DNA of 64,000 nucleotides from the human T2T-CHM13v2.0 reference genome, Homo sapiens. The position numbers were made by a program, and so were the translations under genes. Under the pieces are notes generated by a model that saw only the letters and a program-made list of their open reading frames with translations, ran no database searches and had not been told where the DNA came from. The DNA lies in NCBI RefSeq assembly GCF_009914755.1, contig NC_060942.1. The stretch is one strand, 5' to 3'. This document shows, in pieces, positions 25,590-37,770 of this stretch; the first letter of the stretch is position 1; each line of letters opens with the position of its first letter.

Positions 25590-25748
25590 AAAAGTGACTA
25601 TAAAAGAAATCAAAGGAGCATTTACTGATGGGATGGGATTGTTCTATATCGTGATGGTGGCAGTCGTAATAATCTATACGTGTAAAATTTATAGAACTGA
25701 ACATTAAAAAACCACATTTGAATGTATAATTTTAAATATGAAATAAAA
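25590..25748 (+). mobile_element. L1MD/L1ME 3' terminal fragment
   Basis: gggattgttctatatcgtgatggtggcagtcgtaataatctatacgtgtaaaatttatagaactg. Confidence 0.65.
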
Positions 25749-26079
25749 TGGCATATATATATATATACACATATATATGTTATTGCCAATATGTAAATAT
25801 ATGTCATTCACATTGATCTCAACATGTTTATGAATGACCAGATGGATCTGGCGCTTCCTTAACTTACCATTCATTCTTCACTTGAGATACCAATTCTTTG
25901 ACATAGAAACTCACACAGACGGGGCGGGGCCAAGATGGCCGACTAGAGGCAGCTGGGTTTGGAGTCTCCCATTGAAAAAAAAAACATAATAAGCAGGTGA
26001 ATCCTTCACTGGCAACCAAGGTATCCAGGTTCTCTAGTCAAAATAGAAGGCTGGCGTGACACACAGGGGAACCCCCCTC

Positions 26080-26080
<1 letters not shown>

Positions 26081-26122
<42 letters not shown>
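26081..26122. repeat. (CA)n microsatellite inside the L1 5'UTR
   Basis: Pure AC run of ~21 units. Confidence 0.97.
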
Positions 26123-26124
<2 letters not shown>

Positions 26125-26231
26125 CAACCCAAGGGAGGCGGTGAATGAGCATGCTACCCATTCAGGGAAACTGTGCTTTTTTCATAGAATGGTGCCACCC
26201 ATAGATCGGAAGGGCCCACTCATGAACCCAT

Positions 26232-26527
26232 GAAACCATCATTCTCAGCAAACTATTGCAAGGACAAAAAAAAAAACAAACCGCATGTTCTCACTCATAG
26301 GTGGGAATTGAACAGTTAGAACACTTGGACACAGGAAGGGGAACATCACACACCGTGGCCTGTTGTGGGATAGGGGGGAGGGGGGAGGGATAGCATTAGG
26401 AGATATACCTAATGTAAATGACGAGTTAATGGGTGCAGCACACCAACATGGCACATGTATACATATATAAGAAACCTGCATGTTGTGCACATGTACCCTA
26501 GAACTTAAAGTATAATAATAATAATAA
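26232..26527 (+). mobile_element. Younger L1PA (PA3-PA5-like) 3' end nested in the older L1
   Basis: gaaaccatcattctcagcaaact...ggagatatacctaatgtaaatgacgagttaatgggtgcagcacaccaacatggc...cttaaagtataataataataata. No TSD. Confidence 0.9.
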
Positions 26528-27039
26528 AATCCTCAATAAAATAGTGGCAACCTGAATCCAGCAGCACATCAGAAAACTTATCCATCACGATCAAGTCGGC
26601 TTCATCCCTGGGATGCAAGGCTGGTTCATGGTACTCAAATCAATAAATTATGTAATCCATTACATAGACAGAACCAATGACAAAAACCACATGATTGTCT
26701 CAACAGATGCAGAAAAGGCCTTTGATAATATTCAACATCCCTTCATGTTAAAAACTCTCAACAAACTAGGTATTGATGGAACATATCTCAAAATAATGAG
26801 TTATTTATGAAAAACCCACAGCTAATATCATATTGAATGGGCAAAAGCTGAAAGCATTCCCTTTGAAAACTGGCACAAGAAAAGGATGCCCTCTCTCACC
26901 ACTCCTATTCAATATAGTATTGGAAGTTCTGGCCAGGGCAATCAGGCAAGAGAAAGAAATAAAGGATATTCAAGTAGGGAGAGAGAAATCCAAGTTGTCT
27001 CTGTTTGCAGATGACATGATTTTATATTTAGAAAACCCC

Positions 27040-27324
<285 letters not shown>

Positions 27325-30300
27325 TCAGCCAAAAAACTTCTTGAACTGATATGCAGCTTCAGCAGGATACAAAATCAATGTGCACTAATCACAAGCATTC
27401 CTTTACACCAACAATAGACAGACAGCCAAATCATGAATGAATTCCCATTCACAGTTGCCGCAAACAGAATAAAATACCTAAGAATACAGCTAATGATGGA
27501 TGTGAATGACCTCTTCAAAGAGAATTACAAACCACTGCTCAAGGAAATAAGACAGGACACCAACGAATAGAAAAACATTCCATCCTCATGGATAGGAAGA
27601 ATCAATATCGTGAAAATGGCCATAGTGCCCAAAGTAATTTATAGATTTAATGCTATTCCCATCAAACTACCCTTGATATTTTTCAAAGAGTTAGGAAAAA
27701 CTATTTTGAATTTTATATGGAATCAAAGAAGTCCCCGTATAGTCCAGACAATCCTAAGCAAAAAGACCAATGCTGGCGGCATCACGCTACCTGACTTCAA
27801 ACTATACTACAAGGCTACAGTAACCAGATGCCATGATACTGGTACCAACACATATCTCAGAAATAACACCACGCATCTACAGCCATCTGATATTCGACAA
27901 ACCTGACAAAAACAAGCAATGGGGAAAGGATCTCCTATTCAGTAAATGGTGCTGGGAAAACTGGCTAGCCATATGCGGAAGACTGAAACTGGACCCCTTC
28001 CTTAAACCTTATCCAAAACTTATCTCAAGATGGATTAAAGACTTAAACGTAAAACTCAAAACCATAAGAACCCCCAAAGAAAACCTAGGCAATACCATTC
28101 AGGACATAGGCATGGGCAAAGACTTCATGAAAAAAACTCCAAAAGCAATTGCAACAAAAGCCAAAATGGGATCTAATTAAACTAAAGAGCTTCTGCACAG
28201 CAAAATATATTACCATTAGAGAGAATAGGCATCCTACAGAATGGGAGAAAATTTTTGGAATCTATCCATCTGACAAAGGTCTGATATCCAGAATTTACAA
28301 AGAACTTACAAAGAAAAAAATAACCCCATCAAAAAATGGGCAAGGATATGAACAGACACTTCTCAGAAGACATTTACGTGGCCAAAAAACATGAAAAAGA
28401 ACTCATTATCACTGATCATCAGAGAAATGCAAATCAAAACCCCAATGAGATACCATCTCACACCAGTCAGAATGGTGATTTTTAAAAGTCAGGAAGCAAT
28501 AGATGCTGGTGAGGATACAGAGAAATAGAAACGCTTTTACACTGTTGGGTGGGAATGTAAATTATTTCAACCACTGTGGAAGACATTATGGTAATACATC
28601 AAGGATCTAGAACCAGAAATACCATTTGACCCAGCAATCTCATTACTGGGTATATACCCAAAGGTATATAAATCATTCTGTTATAAAGACACATGCACAT
28701 GTGTGTTTGCTGGAGCACTGTTTACAATAGCAAAGACATGGAACCAAACCAAATGTCAATAAATGATAGACTGAATAAAGAAAATGTGGTACATCTACAC
28801 AATGGAATACTATGTAGCCATAAAAAGGAATGAGATCATGTCCCTTGTAGGTACATGGATGGAACTGGAAGTCATTATCCTCAGCAAACTGAAGCAGGAA
28901 CAGAAAACCAAACACTGCATGTTCTCACTCATAAATGGGAGTTGAACATTGAGAACACATGGAAACAGAGAGGGGATCAACACACACCAGGGCCTGTTGG
29001 GGGTGGAGATTGAGGGGAGGGAACTTAGAGGACAGAGAAATAGGTGCCGCAAACCACCATGGCACACTTACACCTATGTAACAAACCTGCACATTCTGCA
29101 CATCTATCCCATTTTTTTTAGAATAAATAACAAAAAAAGAAATTTTCACAGACTATTGAATGGTTAATTATCTCTCCTCTCAATTCCATTTGTTGTTGTG
29201 CATACCTTTAATAAAATGTTTACATTTTAGTAAAATTATCTACCTGTAATGTGTACTTCTCACTCTGAGTCAGAGATGGTTGATAGGTTTCAAGTTACTT
29301 GTAAAGCCGGCTTGGTTGAGATTTTGTGGATTTGGTTTCAAAAGTCATGTTTTAAGATTGATTAAAGATTTATTTCTAGGTAGGTGCAGATCACATAAAA
29401 ATTAAAAATAAATGCCAGTACTCCAAATGCCTCAGACCAATTATTCTCCTCTCAGTTATTAAAACAGAAAGACACCAAATCTGAAAATTTTTAGATTGCT
29501 ATGCATTTACACTTCTATAATGTATTATTTTATATATACATATTATTATTATACATATTTTATATATATTTTATAATGTACATCTTATCAATGCTATGAA
29601 CACATATGCTATTTTACATGTTAATAATGAAATAATAGTAGTAAATGTAACATCTGATGTTTAACAGTAACACCATGGTTTTCACACATTTTTATACTTC
29701 TAGTGTTACTTTTGTAATTCATCATTTATTTATATGTCAACGATTCAGAAATAGAGACTTTCTCAAAGTCCTGTGTTTGCTAAAATGTAGTTTTAGATTT
29801 TATCTTCCACCTTTTTATCCATTGGGAATAAGGAGGATTACACATTTTTCAACCATTATTTTTCAAGTTCCTACCAAGTGTAGACCCCTCATTAAACAAT
29901 GGGGATTTGTAATGAACTAAAGTTATATAACAGTTCATCTCATGAGATTATAGTGTATGGAAGGGGTAGTTTTACAATTAAACCGAAAATATATAATGTG
30001 TGATTACGGCCAACGTTAGAAAAGATGTTTCTAAGTGATTGGTGAAATGTTACATTTTTCCTCCCAGGGCTTTGCAAATTTTACTCAACAGTAATGGACT
30101 GAGCTTTTTTGGCAAAAATGTTACATATTAGCAAGCAGTTGGCATGGGTGTCACTAGAATTTCTCTAGTACCCCTGAATTATACTAAAAATATACTAAAA
30201 TTATTCTAAACAAATGCAACTTTGTGTAAGTTCACTTAGAAAACACCAAATCCAAGCAAATTCAGCTATTATAATAAGATACAGGATATATATGCAGCTT

Positions 30301-31746
30301 GAGGGAATTATGTGTGTTTGCAATTTTTCCTATTGTAACTATTCTCTCTAGTTTTTTTTCTCATTTTTTGGCTAAACAAAATTATTCAAAAATCTTCTTT
30401 GGGATAATTGAAAGCAGGATGTGCTCTTATAGAATTAGTGTCTGTTAGTGTAGGCAATGAAATTTGGTACAGCATCCTCAAAACTCAAAGGCCTTCAGCT
30501 ACAGCTGAACTGTTGATGCACCTTTCAGAATACCGCACTTACTTCATTGTGCTTTTACAGATGACGACCAGACTACATTAAATTTTGCACATAATGCAAC
30601 AGAGGAAATAGCAATGAAAGTAGTTTAAGCACCATTTCGTTAAATAGCATTTTGTTTGTGAGTGGGTCTTACATCAACAAAAATGGGAACTAGACAATTC
30701 TAACATTTTTCTGAGCAATGAGTTTGTCATTTAATAGATATTTGAAAACTGTGATGATTTTTATTTGCACTCAATGGATTTATTTCAAATGAATTGGAAA
30801 CAGAATAGGTACATACCAGTCAGCAAAACTATTTTAAAGCAACTGCTTCCTCAAATGCAAGGTAACTGGATTATTGAAATTTCAAATATACTTAAGTTTT
30901 AAGCTTATTCTATATTATAAAATATATATATACACATAAGTTACTTTTCTTCCTTGCTGTCCATACTGCATTGAAATATCATTGCTAGAATTAAGTGTCT
31001 CCTCGCAGAAGTATATGAGACAATATGAGGCAAATGTACTGGTGAGTCTGCTGAAAACTCACAACATTAAGTAAGACGTAGCATACGGTGAGCATAATAT
31101 AAAATTGCAGTTCCAAGTTCAGCTAGTGATAGAGGATTTTTTCAACAATAATGCATTTTCAGCATTTAAAGAAATCATTAAAGTTTACAAAATATACCCA
31201 ATACAATATTGAAAGCAAATTTTGAGTAAAACGCATCCAGTGTCATAGAAGCAAACATTGTTTCCATTTGCCTACATCTGGAATTGCCTTATGTTTACAA
31301 AATCAAGTGAATGTCTTCACACATTTTTTAATCTTACAAGATCTTTTGCACCAACAACAAATTAAACATTCTCAATGTATGCATTTTACAAGCATAACCA
31401 TTAGCATCTGACTGACAGGCAAGCTGTGTTTATAGCTGCTTTTAAGGAACCATTTACCATTGTCTATTATAATCCTGATTGCTGAACAAATGCCATTTTA
31501 AGGTAGGGTGACAAATACAGGCATTTCCATTTTTGCCTCATTATCATTTACTAGGACTGTGGTTTGAAAGAATTTTCTTGTGATAATGTCATTGCAAAAT
31601 AGGATTCTATTTTGTCCATTTAGCAAATAGTTTTATTTTGATGACCCTGGAACACTCTATTAAATGATAGGTGACTTTCGTCAACTGCTTAACAAATCAT
31701 ACTTATTCCAGCACTTGAATTTATGCCGTTGCAGTATCATCTAAAT

Positions 31747-31950
31747 GAGGATTTCTCTATCATGATTCTGTTGACATTTGGGGCTGAATATTGCATTGCT
31801 GTTGGTGCTGTCTCGTGTTGTCAGCATCCCTGGCCTCTATGTAACAGATAGTAGTGGCAGCACCATCATCAACTGTGATAACCGCAAATGTCTCCAGATA
31901 TTGCCCATAGTTCTCTGGGGATAAAACCTTCTTCAGATGAGAACTACTCA
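31747..31950 (-). mobile_element. MER20 (hAT-Charlie MITE)
   Basis: gttgacatttggggctgaata...cagcatccctggcctcta...aaatgtctccagatattgcc...gagaactact. Confidence 0.8.
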
Positions 31951-32019
31951 TTTGAATAGTCAGTAATAATATAAACAGGAGGTGGGAGGAATTAATGTCC
32001 ACATTAATGGACATAATGA

Positions 32020-33043
32020 TGGGGAGGTGTCTTCCCATCAGGAGGCACGGGGGTCAGGGACACACTTGAGTTGGCAGTCTGTCCCTTAGCAGAGCTTGAG
32101 CACTGTGCTGGGAGATCTACCGCTCTCTTCAGAGCTGGCAGGCAGGAACATTTAAGTCTGCTGAAGCTGCGCCCACAGCCGCCCCTTCCCCCAGGTGCTC
32201 TGTCCCAGGGAGATGAGAGTTTTACCTATAAGCCCCTGACTGGGGCTGCTCCCTTTCTTTCAGAGATGCCCTGTCGAGAGAGGAGAAATCTAGAGAGGCA
32301 GTCTGGCTACAGCGACTTTGCCGTGCTGCGGTGGGTTCCACACCCAGTTTGAACTTCCTGGTGGTTTTGTTTACACTGTGAGGGGAAAATCGCCTACTCA
32401 AGCCTCAGTAAAGGCGGACGCCCTTCCGCCAATGAGCTCCAGCATCCCAGGTCGACTTCAGACTGCTGTGCTGGCAGCAAGAATTTCAAGACAGTGGATC
32501 TTAGCTTGCTGGGCTCCGTTGAAGTGGGATCCTCTGAGCAAGACCATTTGGCTCCCTGGCTTCAGCCCGTTTTCCAGGGGAGTGAATGGTTCTGTCTTGC
32601 TGGTGTTTCAGGCACCACTGTAGTACAAAGAAAAACTCTGGCAGCCAGCTTAGTGTCTGCCCAAACAGCCACCCAGTTTTGTGCTTGATATCCCGGGCTC
32701 TGGTGGCGTAGGCACTTGAGGGAGTCTCCTGTTCTGTGGGTTGCGAAGACCATGGGAAAGCATAGTATCTGGTCAGGGTGGCACCGTCCCTCATGGCACA
32801 GTCCCTCATGGCTTCCCTTGGCTAGGGGAGGGAGTTCTCCAACCCCTTTGTGCTTGCAGGGTGAGGCGATGCCCCTCCCTGCTTCGGCTCGCCCTCTGTG
32901 GCTGCACCCACTGTCTAACCATTCCCAATGAGACGAAAGGGGTACCTCAACTGGAAATGCAGAAATCACCTGCCTTCTGTATTGGTCTCGCTGGGATATG
33001 CAGACTAGAGCTGTTCCTATTCAGCCATCTTGCCCTGGATCCC
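32020..33043 (-). mobile_element. Orphan L1PA7/8-like 5'UTR without ORF1/ORF2
   Basis: GC-rich antisense L1 5'UTR ending gagctgttcctattcagccatcttgcc, with the YY1 core at 33024-33031. The ORF track shows the typical antisense peptides (EMQKSPAFC, ELFLFSHL). Confidence 0.92.
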
Positions 33044-33229
33044 AGTATTCTCTTCTTAAGTTCGTTATAGCCGTACTCTAATTTTCCTGAGGCTATTTGG
33101 AAAATAAACTACAGCTCTTGAGGATGAAAGCTTTATTTTGAAATATATTCCTCCTGTGGATACAAAACAGTGATTTTGTAATATAAACATTCTAGAAAAC
33201 AGAGTAAAACGATAAGAGAGGTTACTTTA

Positions 33230-33524
33230 GCGATGGCTCATGCCTGTAATCTCAGCAATGTGGGAGGCCAAGGCCAGTGGATTACCTGAGGTCAGGAGTT
33301 CAAGACCAGCCTGGGCAACATGGTAAAACCCCGTTTCTACAAAAAATACAAAAAATTAGCTGGGTGTGGTGGGCGCCTGTAAACCCAGCTACTCAAGAGG
33401 CTGAGACAGGAAAACTGCTTGAACCCAGGAGGCAGAGGTTGTAGTCAGCCGAGATCGCGTCATTGCACTCCAGCCTGGGAAACAAGAGGAAAACTCTGTT
33501 TCAAAAAAATTAAAACAAAAACAA
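33230..33524 (+). mobile_element. AluS (Sp/Sq-like), slightly 5' truncated
   Basis: ...cattgcactccagcctgggaaacaagaggaaaactctg. TSD tactttagc on both sides. Confidence 0.93.
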
Positions 33525-35219
33525 ATACTTTAGCAAATCCCAATTGATATTTCTCAACTTCGATGCCAGCAGATTGTTTTCTTTTAGTGGTAAGCATGAC
33601 TGTTTCACCCTTTATATTGTGACTTAAATAAAACACACTCTGCATGTTAGTTGACATAATATGATAATTCTTTCTTTGGGGGTTTAAACCAAAGATAAGC
33701 TGGTGTAAAGGTATAGCAGGAAGAACATTCAACTAACAGCACAAATTACCGTTCTAACCTTTGTACTTTCATGGACAAAACATTTTACTCTGAACAACTA
33801 TTTAATTTTTTCTAGTTTATTTGTATTATTTCAGAGAAAAAGAATAAAACAAATGAAAAATTTCAAGCAATAAAATCATTTTATTTCTGATAGCTAGCAT
33901 CTACCCTTGTTAAAACCAAATGAGACTTTACCATTCATCTTCTTTATTAACATGTTTTTCTTTTCAGGCAATATGACCCCCAGCTTTGTTTTAGAAAATA
34001 TTTTATTCAATTCCCAGACTTTGTTCAAGTTTTTCTAATTGACTACAAAATATGCTTATCAGATAGTTTACCTGGTCCAGACTTACATTTCCTCATTTTT
34101 TTTCTCTTGTAAGTTTCTTAATTCATCAGAGTTTCTTTTTTGTTGTTGTTGTTTCGGGGAATAACTTTTGAAGACACAGGACACTTGTCCATCCTGGATG
34201 TTCTGCCTTCACATTTCATTGTTTGCTTGCTGTTTTTGATGTTAATTGTGTTCCTTTCCTTTATATCTTTGATTCTAGAAGATATAACTGGTGTAATGGA
34301 CTGAATGGAATCATTCTGGCTAGAATATGGCATAATGTTTTGTTCTCTTCTTTGTCGGAAGATACACCATGCCTGCTTTACCCACTATTAATGATGAAAG
34401 AATTGACTCCTGGGTCAGGCTTTCATTCCCCCTTTCTAAAGTAATAATTTCCATTTTCTTTTTATCGAACAGTAAGCTATGTATTAATTCATATGAAGCA
34501 TCACACTGTACAAGTTCCCTAGGAAACAGTCACATGACTGTTTTAACACCAATTAGTAACATTCTTGAATCAACCATCTGCATTAGTGTTTATGATTTAC
34601 CTTTCTAATGCTATTATTTATTTTACAATTTCAGCTGGCATTTTTCAGTCATATGAATCTTTTTCTCATTAGGTGAGTCTATTTGCTTACACAGGATTAA
34701 TGTGTAAACTCCTCTTTAATTATGCATTTTTAAAGGAAGGACTTGTTTTAATATCTTCCTCAAATATTATAGTGAGGATTTTTTGTATTTGAATATCACT
34801 ATGAATTTATGAATTTTAATTGACTCAATGCTTACAACACATTAGAATGATTATTCTTGATTTTTCATATAGTTATAACTTTATCCAGTGGCAAATCCTT
34901 CAAGTTGGCAGAATCCAGTTAATTATCAAAAGGTGCCTTCTTTTTTGGTACCACCTTGTCCTGGGCTCTTCTGGTTCTTTCCCTGACTCAGATCAGAATT
35001 CAAGCATTTCTTCAGGCTCAGGTTCCTATTGCACACAGTTGTTATTAGAAGCTATCATTTGAGCTCTTGAAATTATCATTATTACTAAGGTAATGTTTAT
35101 TTTTAGGCCATTTCAATGAAATATTCAAAGATCATGAATTTATATTGACAGTAGCCGTTCAGTTTCATTTCACTTAAACTTCACTGTATTTTTCAAAAAT
35201 GTTTTCCTTTTGTTATACA

Positions 35220-35580
35220 TGTGTTACAGAGCAGTGACTAATAGCAACCCCAGTACCTAAATTGGCTGTCAAAACCAAATCTTTATTTCTGGCTCATGTT
35301 ATTAGAGGCCACAAGGAAGCTGTAGCTCTGCGTGACTCGTGGCTCTTGGCCCAATTGGCTCAAAATGTTTTCTTATTGCAAACCACCGACTGAAGGAGCT
35401 GTCCTGTGGTTGGGATATGACAAAGAATATTGCATCACCTAGCCCCATATGGAAGAGGCATGGTAATGTGCTCCTGCTACAAGGTGATCAGACTAATCAC
35501 ATGACAAGGGGAGCAGAATGATGTATCATACTATTACAGAGAAAAGCCAATAACCAGCAGTAATACTCCAATTGGCTACA
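35220..35580 (-). mobile_element. Old MaLR LTR (MLT1J/K-like)
   Basis: gcagtgactaatagcaaccccagtacctaaattggctg...tttatttctggctcatg...ctaatcacatgac. Confidence 0.45.
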
Positions 35581-36327
35581 GCTTGTCTTCATTGTCACAA
35601 ATATTTGCATTCATCTACTCACAATATAAATTAAATTCACTCCCCAAGACTCACCTAAAAATTTGTGTAAACCTGACCTAAGGGCTTGAATTCAGAATCT
35701 TACAATCCAAATTACGTGATGATGCAGCTTTCATTTTTAAATCTAGAATGGAGAAGACTACTTTCCTTACCAGAGATTACCTTACACATGTTGAAAATGG
35801 GTCACTATTCTGGACCCTGCACTTCTGAGGAACGAACTCTGAACTTCCTCTGGCTAGACATTTCTATAAAGGATAAGAAGGCCGTGTGTACAAGGGGACG
35901 TTGTGGCCTGAAACCTATGTTCTCCCTTCTACTCCGCACTTCTGTTACTGGGTCATCGCATTCCCTATCCAAATGCCTTGAACATGCGTCCAGGGCCTGC
36001 ACAACCCTCCCAGTACCATCCTAGTCAGGTTCTACCATCCTGCCTGCCTGTCTCTCCCAAAGCCCAACCAGTGGTCAAGAGGCAACTGTGTGGGGGAAGA
36101 AGAAAAGAACAGATTGTTATTTGGCACATCCACATGTGTGTACTCAAGGACCCTCCTGGGGCAGGATAGATCTTGAGTTGGAAAAAACAAAGGGCGGGGG
36201 TGACAAACCAAGGGCAAAGGGGAATTCTCATGCATTAGCCCATGGGGTGAAGTGCTTTGTAGGAGATTAATAATGCTGAATTTTATCTTCATTTTCTTTT
36301 TGTTTGTCTTCTGCTATCATTGGACTC

Positions 36328-36462
36328 CTTTTATTTTTTCTTAATTTTACTTTAAGTTTTGGGATACGTGTGCAGAAAGTGCAGGTTTTTACAAAGGTAG
36401 ACATATGCCATGATGGTTTGCTGCACCTATCAAGCCGTCATCTAGGTTTAAAGCCCCATGTG
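36328..36462 (-). mobile_element. Very short L1PA8-like 3' terminal insertion
   Basis: ttttactttaagttttgggatacgtgtgcagaaagtgcaggttt...ggtttgctgcacctatcaagccgtcatctaggtttaaagcccc. Confidence 0.85.
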
Positions 36463-36561
36463 TCATTTTCTAGGTCACCACAAAAAAATTATAGTTATAT
36501 ATGTATATAAATTTTGGCAAAAAGAATGTATCCTGACAGTTCAATTTATAACATTTAAACT

Positions 36562-36780
36562 CATATATATGTATACACACACACACATATATACATGTAT
36601 ATATGTATACATGTATACATATATACATGTATACATACATATATACATACAAGTATATATACATATATACATGTATATATAATATATATTATATATGTGT
36701 ATATATACATATATACATGTATATATAATATATATTATATATGTGTATATATATATACACACACACACACACACAACACA
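36562..36780. repeat. Complex (TA/CA/TG)n alternating purine-pyrimidine tract
   Basis: About 220 bp, including two copies of gtatatatacatatatacatgtatatataatatatattatatatgt. Confidence 0.92.
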
Positions 36781-37475
36781 AAGCTCTATTTATTGTCTTT
36801 CCTTGCTAGGCTTGATTTAGGAGCAGAACCTCTCCCTTTCATCCAACATGCTATGGTAAAACACGAATGGGATAAGTGAAACAATCCCTGACATGAACAG
36901 ATGAAAAGCAGGAGGCACTTGGAAGTCACTGATCTAGAGCAACTCTGAAATTCCCCTGGAATAATGGGACAAGACTTAGTTCTTTGCTGTACTCTCAATA
37001 ATTCCAATATGTTCCATAGCACACCTGAACAGGGCACAGGAGAATGTGCCCTTTGACTTTCTCAGACTGATGCCTGACCATAGAAAGCTGGGGGCCAAGA
37101 GACATCTTACTTTTAGAATAGTCAGTCTTTTTTGAGATTGTTTTGTTTCTTTGGGGCCTTGTTCCTGGTTTTATGTCTAAAAAGTACATGTCATCTGAAA
37201 CTAATAAATTTATTAATAAACGGAATGACTGACATGATCTGGGTTTGGCTTTTGCCCACCAAGTGTGTCTTAATTTGAGAATCACTTTTTACAAGGGATG
37301 AGTTACATCGTTCAATGTAGTGTGCCTGGGAATTTCCACAGTCTCCTTTTTCCATTCAGACCTACTTTCAAACAGATTCTTACATTTTTATAAACTCATT
37401 TATTTCTCGTAGTAACTGATTACATTGTTTTCATAGGCTCTCCACTCCAATTCCTACATAAAACGTGGAAAAAAC

Positions 37476-37770
37476 CTGGAGGCCATTATTCATAGCAAAC
37501 TCACACAGGATCAGAAAATCAAATACCGCATATTCTCACCTATAAGTGGGAGCTAAATGATGAGAACACATGGACACATAGAGGGGAACAACACACCCTG
37601 GTGCCTTTGGGATGGTGGAGGGTGGGAGGAGGGAGAGGATCAGGAAAAATAACTAATGGGAACTAGACTTAATACCTGGTGATTAAATAACCTGTACAGC
37701 AAACCTGCATGACACAAGTTAATCAATGTAACACACGTGCATTTATACCCCTGAACTTAAAAAGAAAGAA
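37476..37770 (+). mobile_element. 5'-truncated L1PA15/16-like 3' end
   Basis: ctggaggccattatt...gggagagggatc-type 3'UTR segment gggagaggatcaggaaaaataactaatggg...cccctgaacttaaaa plus A-tail. Confidence 0.88.

Noticed and set aside
30541-30625. Acceptor-like ttcattgtgcttttacag followed by a short open frame
   Set aside because: No convincing donor site, an early stop and no recognisable peptide.
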